This document shows, in pieces, positions 1-9,160 of a stretch of 64,000 nt of DNA (position 1 is the first letter of the stretch; every line of letters starts with the position of its first letter). The DNA is from Desulfosoma sp. (GTDB lineage: Bacteria > Desulfobacterota > Syntrophobacteria > Syntrophobacterales > DSM-9756). Location of the stretch: positions 32,001 through 96,000 of the forward strand of contig JBBFKW010000005.1 of the NCBI GenBank assembly GCA_037481835.1, given 5' to 3'. Position numbers and translations under genes: made by a program. The notes beneath the pieces were generated by a model that searched no databases, was not told where the DNA came from, and saw only the letters and a program-made list of their open reading frames with translations.

Positions 1-92
1 AGATCGGTTATAAAGAAATCAAAGTCTCACCGCCCCCATTGGTGGGGACGTCTCTGCGTCGGCGCATTCATGGGCGGAAAGGAGGGGTCTTC

Positions 93-1064
93 ATGGCGCA
101 CCACGATCAAAAATGCTTCTTGTTGGCCGTGGACGGGTCGGAGCGCTGCCTGGCGGCGGTCAAGCGCTTCGGACAGTTTTTCAAGGACCGGACGGATTGT
201 CATTGGACAATCCTCCACTGCGTCCAGCAGCACCTCATGCTGTACCCGGGGGAACTGTGGGATGCGGACACCTCCCTTCGAGTGGCCAAGAGCACCCAGG
301 AAAAGATCTGCCAAAGCATTACCGGTCGATGCCGCGACGCGCTCTTGGAACTCGGCTTCGAAAGCGACCGGATCGAAACCTTGTGCCGTTTGGACAGCCT
401 GGACCCGGGCCAGGATGTCATCAAGGTGGCGGCGGAGAAAAAAATTCCATGCATCGCCGTGGGCCGTCGTGGCCTTTCGCCGGCGGAAAACATCCTCATC
501 GGCAGCGTCTCCACCCGCGTGGTCCAGTACGAAGAATATCGAACCGTGTGGATCATGGAGCCTGACGCCCCTTCCACCGGGAACGTGCTCATCGCGGTGG
601 AATCCCATCCCGAATGCCGCGCCTTGACCTATTACGTCCGCGAATGGATCGGCCCCACGCCGGGAAAGCATTACACGTTCCTGCACATTCTGCCGCCCGT
701 TCCACCGGCCTTGTGGGATGACGGCCATATCCTGGATGAACAGGAACGAGCCGCACGGCTTTCTTGGAAACGCCACTGGGAGGAAGAAAAACGCCGGCAG
801 GTGGACCAGTTCATGGACGAAGCCCGTGAAGTGCTGCGCACGCAAGGAATTCCCAATGAGGCCATTCAATGCCGGATCGTGCCGGTCCAAAAGGGAGTGG
901 CCCGGGATCTGCTCGCCCATATCGAAAGCGGGCAGTACGAGGCCGTGGTCATGGGCAAGCGGAGCCTTCGCGAGAAAAAGCCTTTCCTTGTGGGCAGCCA
1001 CGCCAACAAGGTCCTGCAGCACGCCCGGAAGGTGCATCTGTGCCTGGTGGGAAGAGCGTGTTGA
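93..1064 (+). CDS. Tandem-domain universal stress protein
   Basis: Two USP-like repeats (LLAVDGS...VGRRG...IGSVSTRVV; IAVES...MGKRS...VGSHANKVL); ATG at 93 after GGAGG. Confidence 0.85.
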   Translation: MAHHDQKCFLLAVDGSERCLAAVKRFGQFFKDRTDCHWTILHCVQQHLMLYPGELWDADTSLRVAKSTQEKICQSITGRCRDALLELGFESDRIETLCRLDSLDPGQDVIKVAAEKKIPCIAVGRRGLSPAENILIGSVSTRVVQYEEYRTVWIMEPDAPSTGNVLIAVESHPECRALTYYVREWIGPTPGKHYTFLHILPPVPPALWDDGHILDEQERAARLSWKRHWEEEKRRQVDQFMDEAREVLRTQGIPNEAIQCRIVPVQKGVARDLLAHIESGQYEAVVMGKRSLREKKPFLVGSHANKVLQHARKVHLCLVGRAC

Positions 1065-1162
1065 GAAGAGCGCGGATCCGACCTTGACAACAGGCGGGCG
1101 CCCTCCATAATGCTCGGCGGTTTGGTCCTGTGGCAACCGCCGGAGATGGAGGGACAACAATC

Positions 1163-1606
1163 GTGAACCATCGAGCGTTCCGCCTGCTGCTCAACCTTTA
1201 TCCCCCGTATCTGGGGGCGGGCGTGCGCGTGCGCCATGTGTCTCCCGATTTTCGGGAAATCGTGGTGGAAATGCCGCTCCGCTTCTTCAACCGCAACTAC
1301 GTGGGCACCCACTTCGGCGGCAGTCTTTACGCCATGGTCGATCCTTTTTACATGCTCATGCTCATCAAGAACCTGGGCCCCGATTACATCGTCTGGGACA
1401 AGGCCGCATCCATCGAGTTCGTCAAGCCCGGCAGGGGGACTGTGCGGGCCCACTTCCGCCTGGACGAAAAGGTCCTCGATGAGATCAAGGAAAAAGTCAA
1501 AGACGGGGGAAAGTGTCTCCCCACGTTCACGGTCCCCGTGGTGGACCGCCATGGGGACGTGGTCGCTCGAGTGGAAAAGGTTTTGTACGTGAGAAAGAAG
1601 CCCTGA
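1163..1606 (+). CDS. Hotdog-fold thioesterase-like protein (DUF4442/YiiD C-terminal type)
   Basis: [50 protein letters not shown] start after GGAGG. Confidence 0.8.
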   Translation: MNHRAFRLLLNLYPPYLGAGVRVRHVSPDFREIVVEMPLRFFNRNYVGTHFGGSLYAMVDPFYMLMLIKNLGPDYIVWDKAASIEFVKPGRGTVRAHFRLDEKVLDEIKEKVKDGGKCLPTFTVPVVDRHGDVVARVEKVLYVRKKP

Positions 1607-1870
1607 AGTCGGGGACTTGGGCTTAGGGGATCGTGTCCGAAGGCGTCATGGCTCGGAAGAAAACATTGGCGCGCACGGTTGGAACGGTGCACCGCCGTGC
1701 GGATGCGATCCCAAGATCCGTCCCTTAAATGGAAAGAAAGGAGGCTCAATCCGAAAAATCCAAGAGACGCCCGCGATCGTTCTGTTTTTCCTCATGTGGT
1801 GACGGTTCCTTATCCCATTGTGCCATGCTGCGCGTGCGACAGCTCATGTGCCTACTGGAGTGGAGAAGCG

Positions 1871-2848
1871 ATGACGAGCAGATCCAAACGTATCAGCCTC
1901 AGCGAAGCGGCGGAAATCATCAAGGACGGGACGCTTTTAACCTTCTCCGGATTCACCATCTGGCGCCGTCCCTGCGCTCTGGTCTACGAACTCATTCGGC
2001 AGAAACGACGCCATCTTCATCTCATCGAAGTGAACAGCGGCCCCCATTCGGAATTCCTCATCGGTGCGGGCTGCGTGGACGTGTGGGAATCCTGCTGGAT
2101 CGGCCACGAACTTTACGGGAAGTATGGCGCCAACCTGGCGCGGCGAGTCCGCCAAAAAGAAATCATTTACGAAGACTACAGTCATGCCGAGATGGCGTTC
2201 CGGTTTCAGGCGGCTGCGGCCGGCATGCCCTTCATGGCCACCCAGACCTCTCTGGGAACCGATATCCACAATCCCGACTACGACATGCTGGGCCGAGCAG
2301 GACTGCGAAACGGCAAGAATCCCAAAATTCCCAGGAAAAAATATCACATCGTCGACGACCCCTTTTTCGGGGACGGCCGTCAGGTGTTGGTTCCCGCCGC
2401 CAAGGTGGACGTGGCCGTCCTGGCGGTGCAGCAGGTGGGCGACGAGGGGACGGTGCGCATTGCCGGCCAGTTTTTTACGGACCCTGAGGTCGCCCGGGCG
2501 GCGGACATCACCATCGTCATCGCCGAGGAGATCGTCCCCGAAGAGTATCTGCGCCACGAATCCCACCTGAACAAGATCCCCAGCTTCCAGGTGGACTACA
2601 TCGTGGAATGCCCGTGGTGCGCCCACCCCACGGGCATGTTCCGTTTCTACGACGTGGACGGCGAATTCCTGCGCAATTTCTACACCCAAACCCGAAGCCA
2701 GGAAGGGTTCAACGAATTCGCCAAGGAATGGATCTTCGGCCTGAATCATGACGGCTATCTCAACAAGCTGGGGGTGCCTCGGCTCGCTCGACTCAAGGCC
2801 AACACGGTATTGAACTACAGCACCCGCGTGGAACGGGGTCGCAAATAA
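1871..2848 (+). CDS. Family I CoA-transferase, alpha subunit (glutaconate CoA-transferase-like)
   Basis: SLSEAAEIIKDG, AAAGMPF, SLGTDI, VDYIVECPWCAHP; paired with the beta subunit. Confidence 0.85.
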   Translation: MTSRSKRISLSEAAEIIKDGTLLTFSGFTIWRRPCALVYELIRQKRRHLHLIEVNSGPHSEFLIGAGCVDVWESCWIGHELYGKYGANLARRVRQKEIIYEDYSHAEMAFRFQAAAAGMPFMATQTSLGTDIHNPDYDMLGRAGLRNGKNPKIPRKKYHIVDDPFFGDGRQVLVPAAKVDVAVLAVQQVGDEGTVRIAGQFFTDPEVARAADITIVIAEEIVPEEYLRHESHLNKIPSFQVDYIVECPWCAHPTGMFRFYDVDGEFLRNFYTQTRSQEGFNEFAKEWIFGLNHDGYLNKLGVPRLARLKANTVLNYSTRVERGRK

Positions 2849-2865
2849 GGAGAAGGGGATCGGCC

Positions 2866-3693
2866 ATGAAAGACATGAAACAACTCGCCCAGCCCGGAGA
2901 ATACACCCTGGGGGATCTCATGACCGTGGCGGCGGCCCGGGAAGTCCGTGACAACGAAGTGGTTTTCGCCGGCACCGGCATGCCCATGATCGCCATCATG
3001 CTGGCCCAAAGGACGCACGCGCCGCACCTCAAGCTCATTTTCGAAGCCGGCACATTGGACGGCCGCCCGAGAGAGTTGCCCACCTCGGTGGGGGATCCGC
3101 GCTGCGAAGTGGGGGCGTCGGTGGCTTCCGGCTTATACGAAGCCTTCAGCATCGCCCAGAGGGGTTACGTGGACCTGGGGTTTCTCGGGGGGGCGGAAGT
3201 GGATGAATACGGCAATGTGAATACCACCGCCATCGGCGATTACCTCAACCCCCTTCTTCGACTTACGGGAAGCGGAGGCAATCCCGATATCAATTCCTTC
3301 GCCAAGCGCACAGTCTACATCATGGTCCACGAAAAGCGGCGATTTCCCAAGAACGTCAGCTACATCACCAGCCCGGGGTGGCGCGTGAAAAACTGGCCCT
3401 CCGGAGAATGGGTCCACCGCCGGGAACTCTACGGAGCCGCCTTTCGCGGGGGGCCGAGCGCGGTCATCAGCACGGCGGGTGTTTTCCGCTTCGACGAAGA
3501 AACCGGCCGGATGTATCTGGACAGCTACCATCCGGGCATGAGCCCTGAAAGGATTCGGGAAATGTGCGAGTTCGATCTCGACATCTCCCGGGTGAGCGGG
3601 GAAACCGTACCCCCGACTTACGAAGAGATCCACCTGATCCATAATGTTTTGGATCCCGACGAGATCTTCCTCGCCAAGCCCCGTAAGGAATAA
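2866..3693 (+). CDS. Family I CoA-transferase, beta subunit
   Basis: VFAGTGMP, IFEAG (catalytic Glu region), GFLGGAEVDEYGNVNTT, LTGSGG. Confidence 0.85.
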   Translation: MKDMKQLAQPGEYTLGDLMTVAAAREVRDNEVVFAGTGMPMIAIMLAQRTHAPHLKLIFEAGTLDGRPRELPTSVGDPRCEVGASVASGLYEAFSIAQRGYVDLGFLGGAEVDEYGNVNTTAIGDYLNPLLRLTGSGGNPDINSFAKRTVYIMVHEKRRFPKNVSYITSPGWRVKNWPSGEWVHRRELYGAAFRGGPSAVISTAGVFRFDEETGRMYLDSYHPGMSPERIREMCEFDLDISRVSGETVPPTYEEIHLIHNVLDPDEIFLAKPRKE

Positions 3694-3848
3694 TCCCGGA
3701 AGACCTTCCGGGAGCTTTCCCGACTTTCCCGTCCCCCCCGGGGAGCGCCGGGATCCCGACCGGACCACGGCCGGCGCCGCCCCGCTCTCCGGGGCGCACC
3801 TTCCCTTTTCAAAAATCGGGTGTTGTCTCGATTCTTGACAACTCCGGG

Positions 3849-4356
3849 TTAGAAGAGCCGGTCGTAGAGGCCGGACGTTCGGGCCGTGGCCCGGGAGGCG
3901 GCCAGCCGAAGGATCCGCTCCGATCCCTATATCTCCACGGACCCTTTCGCCCTTGTGACGGCCGTTCTAAGGGATCTTATCATCGGGCGGGTCCGGTCCC
4001 AGAACGGACATCAGGTCCGTTTCGGTTTACACGGCCTCTGACAGGCGCCCGGTGCCGCTTTGGGCATCGAAACAGTAGCTCTTTTGCAAAAACACCGTGC
4101 AGGGGATTGTCGGGGTGGTGGCGGGGGAAGGCACGGCCTTCGCGGATGCCGATGAGCCGGTGGAGCGTCACCGCGGCCCTATGGAGTTCTTTTCCCGGCG
4201 GATCCCCGAAGAGGGGGCCTTTCGGCGTCTTGCGCAAGATCCACGCACACGTCGCCCTCCGGCACGCAGAGGCTCACCAGCGCCGCGGCCAGTAGCCCGA
4301 CCTCGCTTCGGTCTCACGATATCCGTCAAGAACGAGAAAAAGGGCGATCGAAACAT
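3849..4356 (-). pseudogene. recD: recD pseudogene reduced to three collinear fragments
   Basis: Minus-strand translations: LLAAALVSLCVPEGDVCVDLA (4295-4233; RecD N-terminus), AVTLHRLIGIREGRAFPRHHPDNPLH (~4174-4097; motif Ib region), TAVTRAKGSVEI*GSERILRLAASRATARTSGLYDRLF* (3965-3849; motif VI to C-terminus); frameshifts and an internal TAG. Confidence 0.8.
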
Positions 4357-4418
4357 CCTCATCACGCGAACGCAGGCCGGAACGTTTGGCTCCACATTCC
4401 GGGACCATCCAGACCCTC

Positions 4419-4695
4419 ATGGTGATCACCTCAAGGATTGAGGGTCCCAAAGGCGCTGAATTTAAGTTCAAAAATGCCATCATGACTCTGGCAGCGGAAG
4501 CCGCCGTCCTCGTTCCTGAAGATCCCAACAAGGCGGTCGAGATATTTACAGAGATCCTTTATGCCATCTCTCGCGTAAAATACTACCGGTCCAAATCCGC
4601 CAGATCGCCTCAGTCCCGCGTCATTAAAAGGCCCCCCAACAAATGGTGCTTAGCAAAGAGGGAAAAGCTTAAAAATGCTTAAGTCAACAGCATTG
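4419..4695 (+). mobile_element. IS4-family transposase C-terminal remnant with right terminal inverted repeat
   Basis: AT-richer ORF ending ...YYRSKSARSPQSRVIKRPPNKW...KNA*, running into CTTAAGTCAACAGCATTG (4678-4695), which resembles IS4-family ends; no left end or DDE core seen. Confidence 0.6.
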
Positions 4696-4866
4696 GGGGC
4701 TTACCCCGGCCCGCTGCATGCCGGATCCTCTCCGTTCCTCGTCGCACCTGGGCATCAGGGGTCCACTGGGAGCGCTGGCATCCGAGGCCCGCGTCCCATC
4801 GGGCAACAACTCGAACGGCTCTCCGGCGCATTGGTCCGCCCCCATTGAAGCGGCGATTACGCCCGG

Positions 4867-5127
4867 CTATTCATAATGAGTCCACATTCTGATGACTTTG
4901 ACCACTTTTTGCTCATCCAGGACCTGATAGACCAGCCGGTGCTGTATGTTTATTCGCCGGGGAAGAGCACCGGCCAAATCGCCCAAGAGTTTTTCATAGG
5001 GGGGCGGCGTTTGGTAAGGGTTCTCGCGAAGGATCTCAATCAATTTCTCGGCTTTCGGGCGAAGGCCTGCAGCGGATAACTTTTTGGCGTCCTTTTGAGC
5101 TTGTTTCGTAAAGACCACGTTCCACAT
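4867..5127 (-). CDS. yoeB: Txe/YoeB family toxin
   Basis: MWNVVFTKQAQKD...PYEKLLGDL...RRINIQHRLVYQV...IRMWTHYE; TAATG overlap with the antitoxin stop. Confidence 0.92.
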   Translation of the reverse strand: MWNVVFTKQAQKDAKKLSAAGLRPKAEKLIEILRENPYQTPPPYEKLLGDLAGALPRRINIQHRLVYQVLDEQKVVKVIRMWTHYE

Positions 5128-5369
5128 TACCATTCAAGCTCCCGGTCACACTCCTCAATCGGGGTGGCCAATCCCTCCCGAATGGATTCCCTCATGCCCG
5201 GGATGCTAAGTAGGTACATGGTTTCCTGGATGGCGCGCCAGTCCTCCTCCGCCACAAGCACCGCGCTGGCACGCTTACCCTTTATGACAACCGGTTCGTG
5301 GGAAGACGCAATTTCATCTATGAGCCGATACAGTTTGGATCGTGCTTCACTGACCGTGAGAGTCGTCAT
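5127..5369 (-). CDS. yefM: Phd/YefM family antitoxin
   Basis: MTTLTVSEARSKLYRLIDE...EPVVI...AVLVAEEDWRAIQETMYLLSIPGM. Confidence 0.92.
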   Translation of the reverse strand: MTTLTVSEARSKLYRLIDEIASSHEPVVIKGKRASAVLVAEEDWRAIQETMYLLSIPGMRESIREGLATPIEECDRELEW

Positions 5370-5411
5370 GATTTGCCTCCAATGCCATCGATGCATCATC
5401 TTACTCAGCTG

Positions 5412-5437
5412 GTACGCAATGGCGTACGTCTTGTCAA
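5412..5437 (-). promoter_or_regulatory. Candidate yefM-yoeB promoter and autoregulatory operator
   Basis: Minus-strand TTGACA (5437-5432) followed by the inverted repeat GTACGC-N4-GCGTAC (5412-5427); GTAC-core palindromes are typical YefM operators. Confidence 0.55.
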
Positions 5438-5513
5438 CTCGTTTTGATCGCGCAATGATCGTCCCGAATGGACCGATTCTCTTACTGTATCTTCTTATCT
5501 TCGCGCGATCCGC

Positions 5514-5584
5514 GGGCGGGGATAAACCCCGCCCCTACCCAACAGGTCCATCTGCCTTCGATGGGGCGGGCTTTACGGCCACCC
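5514..5584. repeat. GTAG-type REP-like palindrome with a degenerate inverted partner
   Basis: GGGCGGGGATAAACCCCGCCCCTAC (5514-5538; reverse complement GTAGGGGCGGGGTTTATCCCCGCCC); decayed copy at 5561-5584. Confidence 0.6.
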
Positions 5585-5682
5585 GGCATGACCGCAGGTC
5601 TCCACTTCCGTCTTCACGAACATTCAACTTTACCAGCCCTTTATATGAAACGCGACCTTGCTCCATTCGTGCGCGCGGCCTG

Positions 5683-5812
5683 ATAGGGGTAGGAAGGGCT
5701 CGTTGCCGAGTCCCTCCCCTCCGAACCGTACGTGCGGAATTCCCGCATACGGCTCTCCGGTTGGTGGTTTTACCCCGTTAAGGAAAGACGGAATCGTCCC
5801 TGGGCTTGCGCC
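5683..5812 (-). mobile_element. Group II intron 3' remnant (domains V and VI, possibly the last codons of the intron-encoded protein)
   Basis: Minus strand GAGCCGTATGCGGGAATTCCGCACGTACGGTTC (DV, AGC triad, 5755-5723), then GGAGGGGAGGGACTCGGCAACGAGCCCTTCCTACCCCTAT (DVI, ends AY at 5683); no RT ORF or GUGYG 5' end found. Confidence 0.85.
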
Positions 5813-5995
5813 CGAACGCTCACTTTCGTATTCAGCCGAGCCGCTTTTTCCTGTAGGGTGGCGGAAGGGGTCCTTCGGCCCGGGCAGGTCGGCGGGGACG
5901 ACTCAGGACCCGCCCCTGCAGTCCCCCAGCTTCCGAAGGACATGTCGTACCGCCCTTGTCTCGGACTTCCGCAACCGAAGAGAAGGAGATGGCCC

Positions 5996-7153
5996 ATGGG
6001 AAACTACCCGACGCTTTTTTCGCCCTTTCGCCTGAACGGCCTCGAGCTTTCCAACCGGATCACCATGGCGCCGTTCTATGCCGGCTACGCCCACGGAGAC
6101 GGCACAGTGAGCCCGCTTCTGCTGGATCACTACCGGGAGATGGCCCGGTCCGGGGCCGCCATGATCGTGGTGGAAAACATCGGGGTCCATGAAACGGGGC
6201 TGGGAAGCCCGTTCATGCTGCGGGCCGACCACGACCGATACCTGCCGGGCCTGGAGCGGCTGGCTCGGACCATCCAAGACGAAGGGGCCGTGGCCGCGGC
6301 CCAGATCAACCACGCGGGCCGATTCGCCTACACGCCGGAGCGCCTGGCGCCGTCCCCGTTCCAGACGGGCGAGGTGGTGCCCAAGGAGATGGACAAGGGG
6401 GATCTGGAAACCGTCCGCCGAGCCTACGCCGATGCGGCGCGAAGGATCCGGGACGCCGGATTCGACCTGGTGGAGATCCACGGCGGGACGGGATACCTGC
6501 TGGTGCAGTTTCTTTCGGCCCGAACCAACCGGCGCCGGGACGCGTACGGAGGATCCCTGGAAAACCGCATGCGCTTTCCCCTGGAGGTGGTGGAAGCGGT
6601 CCGAGAGGCCGTTGGGCCGGGATACCCGGTGGGCTACCGGTTCCTGGCCGACGAATGCCTTCCCGATGGGCTCGGAGTGGAGGAAACGGCCGTTTACGCC
6701 GTAGAACTGGAAAAGCGGCGGGTGGCCTACCTTTCCGTGATGGCCGGAACCTACGACTCCTTCTTCCTGCCGGACTATCTCGCCAGGGAAAAGCAGCAGG
6801 GGTACATGGCGGATTTCGCCGCCCGGATCAAGAAGGCCGCGACCGGAACGCCCGTCATCGCCGCCGGGCGGATCCAGGATCCGGAAACGGCCGAGGCCAT
6901 CCTTACCCAAGGCAAGGCGGATCTCATCGGCCTGGCGCGGGTGCTCTTCGCCGATCCGCTCTGGCCGCGGAAAGCCAGAGGAGAGTCGGCCGAACCCATC
7001 GTGCGCTGCGAACCCGCCTGCTCCCTATGCATGAAGCGGGTCATGAAGGGAAAGCCCGCCTTCTGCTCCCAATGGCCCAAGGAAAGGCGCGAGGCGTTCC
7101 TCGCCCGCTGCAACGAATCCCCGGCCGAAGCCCAAAAGGACCTTGTCGAATAA
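5996..7153 (+). CDS. NADH:flavin oxidoreductase (Old Yellow Enzyme family)
   Basis: LFSPFRL...LSNRITMAP, QINHAGR, GFDLVEIHGGTGYLLVQFLS, NRRRDAYGGSLENRMRF; C-terminal CxxxCxxC cluster. Confidence 0.9.
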   Translation: MGNYPTLFSPFRLNGLELSNRITMAPFYAGYAHGDGTVSPLLLDHYREMARSGAAMIVVENIGVHETGLGSPFMLRADHDRYLPGLERLARTIQDEGAVAAAQINHAGRFAYTPERLAPSPFQTGEVVPKEMDKGDLETVRRAYADAARRIRDAGFDLVEIHGGTGYLLVQFLSARTNRRRDAYGGSLENRMRFPLEVVEAVREAVGPGYPVGYRFLADECLPDGLGVEETAVYAVELEKRRVAYLSVMAGTYDSFFLPDYLAREKQQGYMADFAARIKKAATGTPVIAAGRIQDPETAEAILTQGKADLIGLARVLFADPLWPRKARGESAEPIVRCEPACSLCMKRVMKGKPAFCSQWPKERREAFLARCNESPAEAQKDLVE

Positions 7154-7174
7154 CCCGGGCAAAGGAGGAACGGC

Positions 7175-8071
7175 ATGGACGAAGCCTTCTACAAGAGCCT
7201 TTTGGACAGTATGGCCGACGGCGTTTATTTCGTGGACACGGACCGGAGGATCACCTTCTGGAACAAGGCGGCGGAGCGCATCACCGGCTACACGGCCCGG
7301 GAGGTGCTGGGAAGGTCCTGCGCCGACAACGTCCTGAGGCACGTGGACGAGTCGGGACGGGAGCTCTGCGTGGCGGGGTGCCCGCTGGCGGCCGTGGTTC
7401 AGGACGGCCGAATGCGCGAGGCCCGGGTGTACCTACACCACAAGCTGGGCCATCGGACGCCGGTGGACGTCCGGGCCACGGCCATGAGAGACGCCGCCGG
7501 GAAGATCATGGGCGCGGTGGAGATTTTCCATGCCGCATCAGAAAGGCTCAACATCCTGGAAGAGATCGAAAAGCTCCGAAAGGAAGTGCTCACAGACCCC
7601 CTCACCGGCGTGGGCAACCGCCGCTACGCCGAGATGCGCCTTGAAGAATGCGAAAAGGACGAGAGGCAATACGGCGTTCCCTACGGTGTCCTTTTCGTGG
7701 ACATCGACCACTTCAAGGCGGTAAACGACACGTGGGGGCACGGGGTGGGCGACAAGGTGCTGCGGATGGTGGCGGGAGTGCTCAATGGAGCCGTCCGAAG
7801 CCTGGACTCCGCCTGCCGGTGGGGCGGCGAAGAGTTCGTGGTCCTGTGCCGGAACATCTCCGAAGAGGGCTTGCGCGCTCTGGGGGAACGCCTGCGGATG
7901 CTCATCGAAAAGAGCTGGATGGATCACCAGGGAGCGCGCATCGCGGTGACCGCCTCCATCGGAGGCGCCATGTCCAAGCCGGGAGAAACCGCCGCCGAGG
8001 TGGTGGACCGAGCCGACGGGCAGCTCTACCGAAGCAAGGCCGAGGGGCGAAACCGGCTGAGCCTGGGATAG
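7175..8071 (+). CDS. PAS-GGDEF diguanylate cyclase
   Basis: N-terminal PAS (WNKAAERITGY); DPLTGVGNRR, DIDHFKAVNDTWGH, RWGGEEF. Confidence 0.92.
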   Translation: MDEAFYKSLLDSMADGVYFVDTDRRITFWNKAAERITGYTAREVLGRSCADNVLRHVDESGRELCVAGCPLAAVVQDGRMREARVYLHHKLGHRTPVDVRATAMRDAAGKIMGAVEIFHAASERLNILEEIEKLRKEVLTDPLTGVGNRRYAEMRLEECEKDERQYGVPYGVLFVDIDHFKAVNDTWGHGVGDKVLRMVAGVLNGAVRSLDSACRWGGEEFVVLCRNISEEGLRALGERLRMLIEKSWMDHQGARIAVTASIGGAMSKPGETAAEVVDRADGQLYRSKAEGRNRLSLG

Positions 8072-8251
8072 TGATGAGTGATGGGTGACGGGTCATGGGC
8101 GCTTCGAACGTGGGCCTCCAGCCAGGCCCGATCGCCCTCCGTCCTGAAATGCCCCATAAGGCGCACCAGAGGCCCCTGCGGCATCAGCTCTTCTTCCATG
8201 TCCTCGAGCATGCGGACGAACTCGGCCGGAACCTGAGGAAGGAGCATACTC

Positions 8252-9157
8252 ATGAAAATCGCCTACTTAATCGTAGCGTACAACAACGTGCGCCACTTTC
8301 CCCGCCTTATCCGGGCCCTCAACACGCCCCGGTGCGGCTTTTTCGTCCACATCGACAAGAAATACGACATCACCCCGTACACGGCGGTGCGCGGGGACAA
8401 CATCGTCTTTTCCCGAAAGCGGGTTCCCGTTTATTGGGGAGATTTCAGCACCGTGGAGGCAATCCTCATCGTGCTTCGCGAAGCCATGGAATCCGCAGAG
8501 GGCTTCCAACGGTTCGTCCTGCTGAGCGGCTCCGATTATCCCGTGCGTTCGGCCGAGTCCATAGAAAGATTCTTCGAAACCCATGGGGACACCGAATACA
8601 TGAACCTGGTGCCCATGCCGTCCAAAACCCTGGGAAAGCCGCTCAGCCGTCTGAGCTATTACCGACCCGGCCCCCTAACCCCCCCATGGCTGCTCTTTGC
8701 GGCCAAGGCTCTCATGAAACTCCATCTGTGGCCTCATCGGAACTACCGGAAAGTGCTCGGAAACATGAAACCTTATGGGGGGTCCATGTTTTGGGCGCTG
8801 ACGCGGGAAGCCGCCCAGTATCTGTTGGACTTTGTGGATCGAAGGCCGGATTTTCTCCGGTTTTACAGGAACACGTATTGCCCGGACGAGATGATGCTGC
8901 AAACCATCTTGGCCAATTCGCCGTTTGCTCCAAAAATCCGGCGAAACCTCACCTATGCCGATTGGAGCGCCCGGGGCCGAAGCCCGGAATGGATCAACCG
9001 GAAACATCTCGAATTCTTCAAGACGTCGATCTGGTTTCCTCCGGATGATCCCTACGGCCCCGGAGACATGCTCTTCGCCCGCAAGTTTTCCGAAGACGCC
9101 GATGACCTGGTCGAAGAGCTCAACCGGATCATCGCCGAACGGGAAGCGGGAGGATAA
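8252..9157 (+). CDS. Core-2/I-branching beta-1,6-GlcNAc transferase-like glycosyltransferase (GT14)
   Basis: MKIAYLIVAY, FFVHIDKK, VYWGDFS, LLSGSDYP, GSMFWALT, PDE, LFARKF. Confidence 0.85.
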   Translation: MKIAYLIVAYNNVRHFPRLIRALNTPRCGFFVHIDKKYDITPYTAVRGDNIVFSRKRVPVYWGDFSTVEAILIVLREAMESAEGFQRFVLLSGSDYPVRSAESIERFFETHGDTEYMNLVPMPSKTLGKPLSRLSYYRPGPLTPPWLLFAAKALMKLHLWPHRNYRKVLGNMKPYGGSMFWALTREAAQYLLDFVDRRPDFLRFYRNTYCPDEMMLQTILANSPFAPKIRRNLTYADWSARGRSPEWINRKHLEFFKTSIWFPPDDPYGPGDMLFARKFSEDADDLVEELNRIIAEREAGG

Positions 9158-9160
9158 GGA

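Noticed and set aside
1059..1100. Cys-TGA at the end of the USP gene as Sec read-through
   Set aside because: The USP domain is already complete and no SECIS-like hairpin lies at the expected distance.
1667..1684. TGGCGCG... as a sigma54 promoter for the CoA-transferase genes
   Set aside because: Lacks the -12 GC at the required spacing.
4696..5682. Intact integron attC sites flanking the TA pair
   Set aside because: No RYYYAAC...GTTRRRY pair with proper L boxes could be identified by eye, and no integrase gene is present.
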